64,000 nucleotides of DNA from a virus (Duplodnaviria; Caudoviricetes), in IMG/VR virus record IMGVR_UViG_3300020050_007362, positions 1 through 64,000 of that record. One strand, written 5' to 3'. Positions 22,001 through 29,095 of the stretch are shown here, piece by piece. Every line of letters begins with the position of its first letter. The stretch's first letter is position 1. The position numbers and the translations under genes are program-made. The notes beneath the pieces are model-generated. The model saw nothing but the letters and a program-made list of their open reading frames with translations. It had not been told where the DNA came from and did not search any database.

Positions 22001-23662
22001 AACTTTTTCAGGTTTCTTCCCATCAATTGTAGACCCTGTAAATATTTCTGCTGGAATATCTTCATCACGTTGCGTAGATAGAGCTTGCGCATCTTGAGCA
22101 TCTTGATCTTGTTGCGCTTCTAAAGCGGCTTGAGCTTCTTGCGTATCTTGAGTTGCTGCGTCTATTATAGGTGCTGCTACACCTGAATTAACACCGGCCA
22201 AAGCAGCTTTAGAAGTAACCCCAGTAGTCGGGTTAGTGGCTATTGCTGCTGTTAAGGTGTTAATTAAATCGGATGTTACTTGCTCAGTCCTTGTTGGAGC
22301 TGCACCTTGAGCCGCTGTTGTTCCCGCACCTGCTTGTGTTGCTCCAGTAATGTCAGTTTGGGCTTGGCCGCCACCTGTTCCTCCAGTTCCTGCACCCGTA
22401 GTACCAGTTGGGATAGCGCTTCCGTCTGCGCCAAGTAAAGCTGTTCCAGTGCCTGTAGTGTCAAGGTTTCCTTCATCAATCGCTCCTGCTGCTTCACGTT
22501 GTCTACGTTCTAAAGTTGTTCTTGCTATATCTGTACCTACACCAGCACCACCGTAAACACCACCGCCGATTGCACCTTGTAAACCACTGGCTACGCCTTG
22601 TTCTACCAAACCTTCAGTTAAAGGTACGCCGGTATAAGGTTGAGCCGCAATGTTTTGTCCTAACTGTCCGGTAACACCTTGAATCGTTTCTTCAGGTATT
22701 TCTTTGGCCATGTACTTAGGTACTTCTTTAGCCGCGTACCTAGCTATGCCTTTAAGACCCGGTTGTATCGTTTCTCTAGCGCCAGCACCAAAAGCACTTT
22801 CTAATAAACGTCCGCCAGCACCGCCACCTGTAAGTGCAGTAGCCGCACCGCCGCCAATAGCAGAGGGTGTAAATGCAGCTGACCCTGCTAATTCTTGGGC
22901 GATCTTTAACGCTTTATCAGTACCGTATTGAGCTTCTAACTCTTGAAAGCGTGGCGCTTTACGTAATTCTTCTACCGGTGTTTTAGCAATTTCTTCTCTT
23001 GCACCTTCACTACCGCCACCTCCTTCCAACAAGGCGTTAATACCAACGGCTTGTTTAAAGGCGCTGGCGCCTAACCCCAATGCTTTACTTGCCCATCCGC
23101 CAGCTAAGAACTGTGTTCCGCTTTCACCGATTGATGGTATGGCCGCGCTTGGGTGCGTAATAGCGGTTTTACCTGTTTCATAAACACGCTCAGGCAAGCC
23201 CATTTCTTTATTAGCTTGGATATCAGCTAACTGTTTACTGAACTCTTCTTGTGAAGCTTGAGTACCCGTTGAGTAAGGTATTGCTTCTGCGGCTGCTTTC
23301 TTTAGTTTTCGAGTAGTGGCATCGCGCATCAGGCCGCCGTATTCGGCTACCCCTGCTTCTGCTGGCCCTACTTCAGCTTGTTCTCCAGCTGCGACATCAA
23401 GCAGTTTACCGGCACCGCCGGCTACAATTTGAACAGGTTCGGCTAAAGCTTCGGGTATACCCGCTGCACCTCTAACAGCTGATTTTAAAATATCAGTAGC
23501 TATGTTTCCTTGTTCTGGCTCTGGTTCTACTTGCTCTGGCGTTTTAGTTGCATAAGGAGCTAATAGCTTGTCCAGTTCTGATGATTTAGGGGCTCCTTTA
23601 GAGGTATTAGTAGAAGAAGCGTTTGCTAGTATTTCGTCTAAATTAAGAGAGCTGGATGGCAT
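13043..23662 (-). CDS. Giant polyvalent internal virion protein (3539 aa): InPase-like, two zincin/MPTase-like motifs, ART-PolyVal-like, PLxRFG and LPD39-like C-terminal region
   Basis: GIHVAIENPAGTVRSGTDANG...GADKDHLDVF...FDEHKVMLGY (InPase-like); ISHEMGH and LHELGEH (zincin-like); QVRTPEFVKWFGNW...DENGEPLVVYH...NPNQIKSATANIGAF (ART-PolyVal-like); YAPLSRYGKFW (PLxRFG). Confidence 0.85.
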   Translation of the reverse strand: MPSSSLNLDEILANASSTNTSKGAPKSSELDKLLAPYATKTPEQVEPEPEQGNIATDILKSAVRGAAGIPEALAEPVQIVAGGAGKLLDVAAGEQAEVGPAEAGVAEYGGLMRDATTRKLKKAAAEAIPYSTGTQASQEEFSKQLADIQANKEMGLPERVYETGKTAITHPSAAIPSIGESGTQFLAGGWASKALGLGASAFKQAVGINALLEGGGGSEGAREEIAKTPVEELRKAPRFQELEAQYGTDKALKIAQELAGSAAFTPSAIGGGAATALTGGGAGGRLLESAFGAGARETIQPGLKGIARYAAKEVPKYMAKEIPEETIQGVTGQLGQNIAAQPYTGVPLTEGLVEQGVASGLQGAIGGGVYGGAGVGTDIARTTLERRQREAAGAIDEGNLDTTGTGTALLGADGSAIPTGTTGAGTGGTGGGQAQTDITGATQAGAGTTAAQGAAPTRTEQVTSDLINTLTAAIATNPTTGVTSKAALAGVNSGVAAPIIDAATQDTQEAQAALEAQQDQDAQDAQALSTQRDEDIPAEIFTGSTIDGKKPEKVSFIDDTLNQYDFAISDLLDQKRQAVENGTTPPVANLGRLRTIAKDLGAPYLKASEGDLIHNITLRLSQLRTIQQETTENGLKETATPTTAAQPTTPGAGTTEQAPPSMGEAQGETVIPPTGAEATTGLTAYDQGKDTTQIDKEGQEDQGQEEQKVAPVEQNIVNNVKVNLDRLTPTQRTEWDAANENHNLEIEYANSISDSQERGKRLNAAGQKLSAERRRITGLYTDKENVKNVAFANKIREGAPLQTKDGEQVTAVSAPSYGRVRVRSASGVESWIATSDIKVTPVQLPKAETITLPDGTLEFVGYKTEEKAPEAKQAPVSAAADQQQTPSKAAIEAKEAYPLTGADFQGIHVAIENPAGTVRSGTDANGEKWEIQLEDNYGSMPNVRGADKDHLDVFTPVGLTKEQEDKTKYAYVVDQYVVDDNGKQTNKFDEHKVMLGYPNINAAKDAYLRNYNSGWSGFGAITAMSMADLKAKTNEVWDKPIKPKKVRKAKAAFYTTPSGLEELQGAIKKLGGIRDANGPKSAFSDYKGRRYQAIFNNGTNALTMDDMATSLNQYGYDIDGENGLSELLYDSLRGNEYYTPAGHENLLAIQEKENFNDEQARQLQKYDDAVEEGLIDSTDFDDAIEYVEDDFNYGDIVTGDDLNDFWGFTDGYDEGTDVGGFEGGEEAAGRETEEVKPYTPGAPLLKTYTQEEILEQQKEAKRLAAEKAAADLAAEQKARADRELDTLEDEMLGFGGTATAGLFDEEGIKDLGRAEPVQKTETVFLRDATKAEQEYDDARVALDYGNHTYLFIPNRNEIDIMPINAGPYDAAIAVIRTGQDRAGVLNRNNLKDWPSSIPDQLIEPLLRYAETKNTEGLAIAQNGVLKAARELAEPVKKTEIAPRLSKAQLADRLFSAVMFYLKSHPSSDGASYRALAKAAKTNQKAAEVFSFVKSVNANFIKLDKADWQTADAELTKQLESLPDDLSKEYEYILGAGLTAVDFEQSIKDMQEQLTPAEIKEFVTETKPVIDALTDAKQIEPLATPEQIEDEAAARELAEPVKKTEIVKPKIENPPQWAQDHATDLGGEVVHLSLGKGGEGIALIKGHSVLSGKPLFLAAKEGEGRTRVDIESYTGNMVSTDEKKTLVEAKNKWLEADKALNEINPNGPFKVGEDTAYSENVPENIKGVIEGWKKLMGIKERVYFTTINDAKSASFHGQYAAIPSHALDGDEGGNMRMLANGDFIIAYSPKAKFTQTLEIISHEMGHILERTSYINADETTRKAIKEDYAKWLASTKGKTAREHVESLRARSMGKITKGLEGKTSEGLDRYWSLEKEWFSDQVSRWATTSDKPVSIVEKFFSRLGKALKNFFLSNEQYLPTETMQRWLDSLEGINLSEPQFSRQEAKNVNTFANAQEAENELIDQFGPGIANLINTKVLNLTQGRDSWPESARKAAEGFFTEAVYLNGKVYIDLQSTARYRIKAVVLHELGEHFNLERMLGLKGYADLQNQIRNQSRVEGSETQRVWNQVKKLYPDIDEGSKEFISEVIAKLGENNPNLPWYRRLIAKIKAFLMERGLARGFITGTLTDADMHELLVSSLKSAIHGRTLNKAWVFGGTPAMASSQGVQKGKLLAPNGKPSNLNAVQHAQVRTPEFVKWFGNWLNDPENASKVVDENGEPLVVYHTRQKGNDFTKFRSGTAGLIWFADSKAGSIMAAMGEGDTIAVYLNARSPFNTKETAVHFGDIPYTKYNEKLNRVTSVLERTGDDLIYVEDESGIAFAVQNPNQIKSATANIGAFSEKSDDIRYSRPAPATGTEGSAQYQQQYREWSAIISEGFDKLSSQVASPKLAFLSVQQLVENCKKYLPAAYSYEKYRRLRDGLQTQWVLAGDKVSALTHNILTKAQHGELTGVVQDSTIINVDASKAWTGVKKMPATDIESERYLAFTQAKFNNKYTNEIIEFANQLNEQHTINKVNPLAFFNGNAAFNTLEDAKTFEQFLKAQELSYAAFTEARYKNPNTDRKAKHPALVARYNAMPQASKDFYVQSNELLNKLADAKQDTLEDHVREAILDGNRRIEMNKLLRLHYEANRLSQYYAPLSRYGKFWFYGNFTDGTKTFRNFETQKARDKALEEFKKLNGEDSIIADGKSFSSALKIEGGSDSFILQINTLISGAGLDDDISEKLRDDIYQMYLSTLPEVSLRHSAQHRKGTKGYEEDAERNFANHMTHGASQFSNMKWGKKMEQTIKQLRDIITMSTAPYRQQDGLRKIEAARLLLENWEELSEPGVLEEQINAAENTPEVILLKEVRKIRNKYRSLDALNDAIERGRALYDNVSDEAFQMLSDDWDNLITRGMVDPLEDKIKRAKLTDKAKLLRAAKDLRNSFGKMDVDDATEALDLVIEKTQAIYDGSKLLNTSEKRVKAVDIVDELEMTFNAMVNSATTAMDQAAGSIRQFGFLWNLGASISSTIMNLFQTPGAAMPVALGKHEFNNVLKEFNHAYNEFIASVKSGKYDENGNASISAIMQERLNRMTEFSPEYMELKGEIDALNLFKQDGTVARTQTMDIMGIGKEGYQHGGKLGEFSKKMGWMFHHAERLNREVTLIAAYRLARAEALKKGIKMGENRNEDVGAWADAVEYARYVNDRSQLNYSPDNAARIFRGWPAAIALQFKKYQQGMLYLWGRTLADKLNGWKKMPDGTQEEKDAKAAAKLESQQAGRTFVALLTMQMSFAGALGLPLVGALTVVVNMIGDAISDADEPWDWRREVRVGLTDLTGEFFATAATKGLFNAFSTIGIPLGDVAGRMSLADTIFREPMQNMEGRDEITQYLSSIAGPFGGLVGNVWEGVRLAGEGNYARGAETASPKVIKDIIKSTRFMAEGASSIDGAQLKEMSFMEIFEQMAGFGSAELEQKYAERGYYKEAEKSILSKRQRILHAAANARRKGDTSKQKEVSAWNERHPLKPITNQNISASINATKLGEKKRGVRGYTTDPDLELAFDLQDYDEE
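18849..19381. repeat. 38-bp exact direct repeat (18849-18886 and 19344-19381) within the giant gene, with a third degenerate copy at 19699-19724
   Basis: ATTTCTGTTTTCTTTACAGGTTCAGCTAATTCTCTAGC occurs twice, 495 bp apart; the third copy matches 24/26 nt and lies 354 bp further on. Confidence 0.95.
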
Positions 23663-23716
23663 TATTTAATATCCTTTAAAATGTACTTTTTAAAATTTAT
23701 ATGTGGATTATACACA

Positions 23717-25504
23717 TTATCTAAATGACGTTCCGTATCGCTGTTTATACGCCTCTAAAGCCATATCTTTTTCTTCTTTAGTTGCAGCACTATTTAAAAG
23801 GGTATTCATGTCGGCATCGTGTTTTAATTTATTATAATACTCAGGGTGCTCTTTAACATTTCTTGCAATATCTCCTGCTTTTTCTCTTGTTTTTTGAGCT
23901 GTATCTGATTCAAACCATCCACGGCCTTCAGGATGTTCGTATTGAGACATTTCATACTCTCTTTGTAATGCTGGAACTTCAGCTGGTGTAACATTAACTT
24001 TTTCTCCGCCTATCGTATAAGTACGTGGCGTATTTGCAGCGATATCTTCTCTTTGTTGTAGCGTAGCTTGTTGATACCCGTGTGTAGCTGCTCTTTCAGC
24101 TGCTGTTGCTTCCCTAGTAGCTTGAATGTTTTCTTGTCCTTGTGCAAATTTACGCTCTTCTAAATCTCTACCTGATAATCGATCTTGACGGGCTTCAGCT
24201 AATCGAGTTTGTTCGGTTTGGGCAGCGGTTTGAGCACGAGCTTGTTCAGCAGCTAGTTTATTAGCTTCAGAAGCACGTTCTCCGGCCATTTTTTGAGCAT
24301 TTTGTAAAGCGCCAACTCTTGCTAAAATACCGGCTTTTTTTGATTTATTAGCTATCATCGTACCTAAACTGTCAGTAGTTGATCCGCTAGGCATTTGAGA
24401 CATTAAATTTTCTATTTCACCTGAATAGTCAGGCGCTTGTTGCTGTTGTAATTGTTGTACCTGTTGTTGAGCAGGTGCGTTAGAAACCGCTTTAGCTTCA
24501 GTCATTCTTTTTTCTGCAATAGCATTCTGTTCAGCTAATTTTGCTTTGAAAGCGGGGTCAGATTCTCTTTTCATAACACCTTGTATGTTTTGCATAGAGG
24601 CATCAGAAAGCTTTCTTCCGTCGGCAAACTGTACCCTACCTGTTCCGCCGGTAGATGATGTTACATCTAATGTACTAACCGGTTTACCAGTACCCCTATA
24701 AGGTTGTACAGATTGAGTGGCGGTTGCTTCTGGTGCTTCCGGTCCGCCTATACGTTGTAGATCAGCAGGGGCTTTATCCGGTACTATAGGCGTAGGTTGG
24801 TTAATTTTTGCTTCAGTTGCAGGAGTAGCTAAAGCGCTTTTTATACCCCCCATTAAACCGTATCCGGAAGATATACCTTCAGCAAATCGTTGTGCTGCTC
24901 CAATTTGTTGTTCTGCTTTTGACCTTTGTGCTGTTTTAGCTTCTTGTAAGCCTTCACCTATTTTAGTACCTATATTACTAGCACCTGTACCAATAGCTTT
25001 TTCTATGTTGGCGGTACCTTTTTCTCCGAATAATACTTTAGAAGGTGTTTGAACTGCACTTTTTATAATTCCTCCGGCAGTACCCATTCTACGTGTAGTT
25101 GCTTCCAATGGGCTTTCAGGATTGCCTTGAGAATCGTTGTTATACATATCAACAGCTTTGTTCTTTATCGCATCCATGGCATTACCGGCTACACCTTTTA
25201 CAGTATCGGTTATTGATGGTGTAGGGGTTGCTATAGGTGCTGCTGCTATAGGTGTAGGTGTAACAGCTGGCTTAGGTGTAACAGCTGGCGCAGCTGGGCT
25301 ACTCATATCCGATACGATAGGTGTATTAACAGGTGTAGGGGATACAGCTTGATCAATTACCCCGCCTTGCATAGGAGGTGGTAACGTAGTTGGTATAACT
25401 CTAGTTCCTGGATGTTCATTCATAGGAACAACTGCGGGTATTCGAGATATAGGTTTAATGGCCGGTTGAGCAACGGATGGAAGTTGATTTAAATCTGTGG
25501 CCAT
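23717..25504 (-). CDS. Putative DNA-ejection/pilot-type internal virion protein (595 aa)
   Basis: Pro/Ala/Gln-rich, low-complexity and coiled-coil; lies directly upstream of the giant polyvalent protein gene. Confidence 0.55.
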   Translation of the reverse strand: MATDLNQLPSVAQPAIKPISRIPAVVPMNEHPGTRVIPTTLPPPMQGGVIDQAVSPTPVNTPIVSDMSSPAAPAVTPKPAVTPTPIAAAPIATPTPSITDTVKGVAGNAMDAIKNKAVDMYNNDSQGNPESPLEATTRRMGTAGGIIKSAVQTPSKVLFGEKGTANIEKAIGTGASNIGTKIGEGLQEAKTAQRSKAEQQIGAAQRFAEGISSGYGLMGGIKSALATPATEAKINQPTPIVPDKAPADLQRIGGPEAPEATATQSVQPYRGTGKPVSTLDVTSSTGGTGRVQFADGRKLSDASMQNIQGVMKRESDPAFKAKLAEQNAIAEKRMTEAKAVSNAPAQQQVQQLQQQQAPDYSGEIENLMSQMPSGSTTDSLGTMIANKSKKAGILARVGALQNAQKMAGERASEANKLAAEQARAQTAAQTEQTRLAEARQDRLSGRDLEERKFAQGQENIQATREATAAERAATHGYQQATLQQREDIAANTPRTYTIGGEKVNVTPAEVPALQREYEMSQYEHPEGRGWFESDTAQKTREKAGDIARNVKEHPEYYNKLKHDADMNTLLNSAATKEEKDMALEAYKQRYGTSFR

Positions 25505-25579
25505 TATTTGAGTCCTATTAAATAATTAATAATATTAGGGTTTTATTTATAATATTTGCATTTATTGTATCATATTCTG

Positions 25580-25608
25580 TTTATACTCAATATATGTTGT
25601 GGTATGCT
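25580..25608 (+). promoter_or_regulatory. Sigma70-type promoter of the Zn-ribbon endonuclease gene
   Basis: TTTATA-N17-TATGCT with an extended -10 TG at 25600-25601. Confidence 0.55.
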
Positions 25609-25699
25609 AATTACGTGGCTATCTCGACGGAGAAAAAATGCGCTTCAGTAACGCACCCGCCACATCCAATCCTCTACTGACAAAACTAACTGAGTTTTT

Positions 25700-27163
25700 A
25701 TGGCTATTAAATGTACAACCCCCGAATTTATTGAAAAAGCTAAAAGAGTTCATGGTCTTAAATATGATTATTCTTTAGTAAACTATACTATTTCCAGAAA
25801 TAATGTAACTATTATTTGCCCTATCCACGGTGAGTTTTTACAAAAAGCCAATGGCCATATACAAGGTGCAGGTTGCCAACAATGTTCGGCATTAAGAGTA
25901 GCTGATTTTCATAGAGGTTCTTTAGAAGAGTTTATATTAAAAGCAGTAAAAGTACATGGTAATAAATACGACTATTCAAAAATAGTGTATACCAATCGTA
26001 TGGTTAAAGTACCTATAGTATGTAAACTTCATGGCGTTTTTTTACAATCCCCAAGCCAGCATCTCAGTTATGGTTGTGTAAAATGCAGAGATGTTTTTAA
26101 TTCTATTAATCTAAGAGATACTCAAGAAGATTTCATCACCAAAGCTTTAAGAGTACATGGTGATAAATATGACTACTCTTTTGTTAACTACGTTAAATCA
26201 AATATTAAGGTAGAAATAGTTTGTTCAGAGCATGGGCGTTTTTACCAGAACCCTTATGCCCATTTAAACGGACAGGGTTGTAAATCTTGTTCGGTTGTTG
26301 GTCCTTCTAATGGGGAAATAGAATTGTCCGGTTTTATATCCTCTTTGGTAGGGACAACGTTATCTGATAGAACCACTATTAAACCTTTTGAGTTAGATTG
26401 CTTTGTACCTGCTAAAAAACTAGGCATAGAGTTTTGTGGTATCTACTACCATTCCGATAGATTTAGGGATGCCAACTACCATCTGCATAAGCATGTTTTG
26501 GCTACTGAAGCCGGTTGTGGTCTTATTCAAGTATTTGATGATGAGTGGAGTGATAAAAAAGAGATAGTAAAATCTATAGTAAAAAATAGGCTATGTTTGA
26601 CCGATACAATTACCTACGCCCGTAAAACAATTATTAAAACCGTACCGCTAAAAGAAGCTAAGGAATTTTTAAAAAACAACCATTTGCAAGGTTATGCAAA
26701 TGCTGAAATTCTATTAGGTTTATATCAAAACGGTGAGTTACTAACCCTTACTACTTTTTCAAAAAAGAGGCGGGTTTTAGGCGATATGCCAGATAATTGG
26801 TATGAGTTGGTTAGGTTGTGTACCAAGATAAATACGTCTGTTGTAGGTGGCTTTTCAAAGCTTATTAAACATTTTATAAAAACCTATTTGCCGGATGGTA
26901 TAAAAACCTTTTGTGATAGACGCTATTTTAATGGTTTAGGGTATAGAACTGTTGGGTTTATTGAATCTCATGTTTCTAAACCCAACTATTTTTATGTTAA
27001 ACAAGGTGTTAGGTATTCTAGGTATCAATTTCAAAAGCATAAACTAAAAAACCTACTTTCTGTTTATGACGATTTTTTATCCGAGAAACAAAACATGGTA
27101 CTCAATGGTTATTCTCGGATATATGATTGTGGGAATATAGTTTTTACTATGCAGCTGCGCTAA
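25700..27163 (+). CDS. Hef-like free-standing homing endonuclease (DUF723-like Zn-ribbon repeats plus a PD-(D/E)XK-like domain)
   Basis: Three repeats of FIxKAxxVHGxKYDYS...V.I.C..HG.F.Q....H..G.GC..C, then ELDCFVPAKKLGIEFCGIYYHS and a C-terminal RIYDCGNIVF; opposite strand to its neighbours. Confidence 0.8.
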   Translation: MAIKCTTPEFIEKAKRVHGLKYDYSLVNYTISRNNVTIICPIHGEFLQKANGHIQGAGCQQCSALRVADFHRGSLEEFILKAVKVHGNKYDYSKIVYTNRMVKVPIVCKLHGVFLQSPSQHLSYGCVKCRDVFNSINLRDTQEDFITKALRVHGDKYDYSFVNYVKSNIKVEIVCSEHGRFYQNPYAHLNGQGCKSCSVVGPSNGEIELSGFISSLVGTTLSDRTTIKPFELDCFVPAKKLGIEFCGIYYHSDRFRDANYHLHKHVLATEAGCGLIQVFDDEWSDKKEIVKSIVKNRLCLTDTITYARKTIIKTVPLKEAKEFLKNNHLQGYANAEILLGLYQNGELLTLTTFSKKRRVLGDMPDNWYELVRLCTKINTSVVGGFSKLIKHFIKTYLPDGIKTFCDRRYFNGLGYRTVGFIESHVSKPNYFYVKQGVRYSRYQFQKHKLKNLLSVYDDFLSEKQNMVLNGYSRIYDCGNIVFTMQLR

Positions 27164-29063
27164 GAGCAGATGAGGCCATAGTATTCAAGCTGCCTAACGC
27201 TGCCCCAGCCATGTTTCCGTAAGCACTAACAGATGCTTTTGAAGCATCCTCTGCTAAATTTAAACGTTGTATGTCTAGTTTAGACTCTTCTATCGCTGTG
27301 TTTACAGATAATTCATATTGCTTAATAGCGGCGTTCAACATAACCAATGGTACTTCCAAATTAGCTTTAAACGAGCTTATTGCATTTTCTAATTCAGTAG
27401 TATAAACGGTTTGGGCTAGTTTCTTAACTTCAGCATTAGCTGTAAATTTTTGTACAGCTGATTCAATGTCCAGTTTATAGACTTCCCCACCTGATTTAAA
27501 GACTTCTACCAGTGCATCGTTATGGGCTTTTGTAGCTTCTATCGTTTTTACTTGCGTATCAAGATTAATTTGATCAATTTTGATCAAGTCTTCAAACACT
27601 GTAAGTTTAGTCATTTCAGCATCCATCTTCATTCTATCGCCAGATAATGCTGCTTTATAAACTTCAAAAGCGGATACTTTAGCTTGAGTGGTTGCTTTAT
27701 AAACATCCGCACGAATAGAGTAACCTTTAAGCTTCAATTCTTCCAAAGATGCTTTACGTGATACAGCTTCTATTAAAGCAGTATAGGTACTTACTTGAAG
27801 CTGTTGAATCTTTATTTGTCCTTCTACAAATTGTATTTGGGCAATCTCTACGTCTTTTTTAGCTTTCTCAGCTTCTAGTTGTAGTTTATACCCTTCCAAC
27901 CCTGATAATGCAGCTTTTAATCTAATTTCATATTGATCATTTAATGCGCCCATCACTTTTATAGCTATGTCTGATTTAGCCATTAAATGTTCAAAAATCT
28001 TGGCGTGTTTATCTGCTATGTTTGAAGCGTATGAAGCGGCTTGTTGCATACTGTTGCCAACTACACCGGCATACTGAATGGCAATACCGCGAGTTCCTTG
28101 TATTTGAGCCGAAGCTATGTTCATAACAAACTGAAGGTGTTGTACTTCAACGTCCGTCTTTTTAATATAGATATCTGTTGAGGTATTGGCCAAAGCTTCA
28201 GCATTTTTTAAACGGCCTGTTAGCATAGCGGATATCACAGCACCGGGAGGTTCCATAAAACCTCGTTTTGCATAGGTAGTTAATGTACCTTGCTCAATGG
28301 CATCAAAATCTCGTTCAATCCGTCCTCTAGCCCTTGTTATCATGGCTGTTTCGTATTGCTCTGGTAATACTTCACCATTCAAAGCACTACTAACTTTGAT
28401 TTGCATTGCTGAGTTCCAAGACTCATATTCTGGTGCATATTGATTAACCCAACCGGTTACTTTATCATCAATGAAATTTTGCATTTCAGGCAGCATTTGT
28501 TGATATTTAGTATCCATAACCGTTGCATAGTTTACCGGATCATTGATAGCATCAGGCGGTAGCGGCGCGTCAAATGCCGGTATATTTAATGTTGGCGCCA
28601 AACCTATATCTAAAGGTGTTAGTGTAGGTATGCTTATGTTCTGCAAAATAGGTTCTGCAATAGCGTCCATCTGAGCTACTAACGCATCTATGCTTAAATC
28701 GGGTTCTGCTTCGTTAAAGTCCGGTAAATTGGAAGATGGGGCTATTTGTTGAAAAAGACCTGCAAAATTTAACGTAGGTTCTGTTCTAGCCGCTGGCGCT
28801 ATAACTTGATTAATATCTGCTAAATTAGGTGTTACCGGTAATTTAGATTTTGGTGGTTCGTACACCGGCATAGCAGTAACATCTTTATCAGGAGTAACGT
28901 ATGTAGGTAAAGCAACATGCGTTAAATCAAGATTCTGTTTTGCTATAGTTATAGGGTTATTATTAATGAACGTTCGCAGTTCACTAACTAAAAAATCAGT
29001 TGCGTTTGCGTAACTATTAGCTCTACTTGTGGCGTTTGCTATTAAGGTATCTACTGTTGACAT
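27147..29063 (-). CDS. Coiled-coil internal virion/ejection-type protein (638 aa)
   Basis: Long helical heptad-rich C-terminal half; position between tail and ejection genes. Confidence 0.5.
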   Translation of the reverse strand: MSTVDTLIANATSRANSYANATDFLVSELRTFINNNPITIAKQNLDLTHVALPTYVTPDKDVTAMPVYEPPKSKLPVTPNLADINQVIAPAARTEPTLNFAGLFQQIAPSSNLPDFNEAEPDLSIDALVAQMDAIAEPILQNISIPTLTPLDIGLAPTLNIPAFDAPLPPDAINDPVNYATVMDTKYQQMLPEMQNFIDDKVTGWVNQYAPEYESWNSAMQIKVSSALNGEVLPEQYETAMITRARGRIERDFDAIEQGTLTTYAKRGFMEPPGAVISAMLTGRLKNAEALANTSTDIYIKKTDVEVQHLQFVMNIASAQIQGTRGIAIQYAGVVGNSMQQAASYASNIADKHAKIFEHLMAKSDIAIKVMGALNDQYEIRLKAALSGLEGYKLQLEAEKAKKDVEIAQIQFVEGQIKIQQLQVSTYTALIEAVSRKASLEELKLKGYSIRADVYKATTQAKVSAFEVYKAALSGDRMKMDAEMTKLTVFEDLIKIDQINLDTQVKTIEATKAHNDALVEVFKSGGEVYKLDIESAVQKFTANAEVKKLAQTVYTTELENAISSFKANLEVPLVMLNAAIKQYELSVNTAIEESKLDIQRLNLAEDASKASVSAYGNMAGAALGSLNTMASSALSAAA

Positions 29064-29095
29064 TTTTTACTCCCGACTACGCGGATAAAATTAAT

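Noticed and set aside
13043-23662. N4-type virion RNA polymerase (similar length)
   Set aside because: No T7-like polymerase motifs recognised; polyvalent-protein motifs are present instead.
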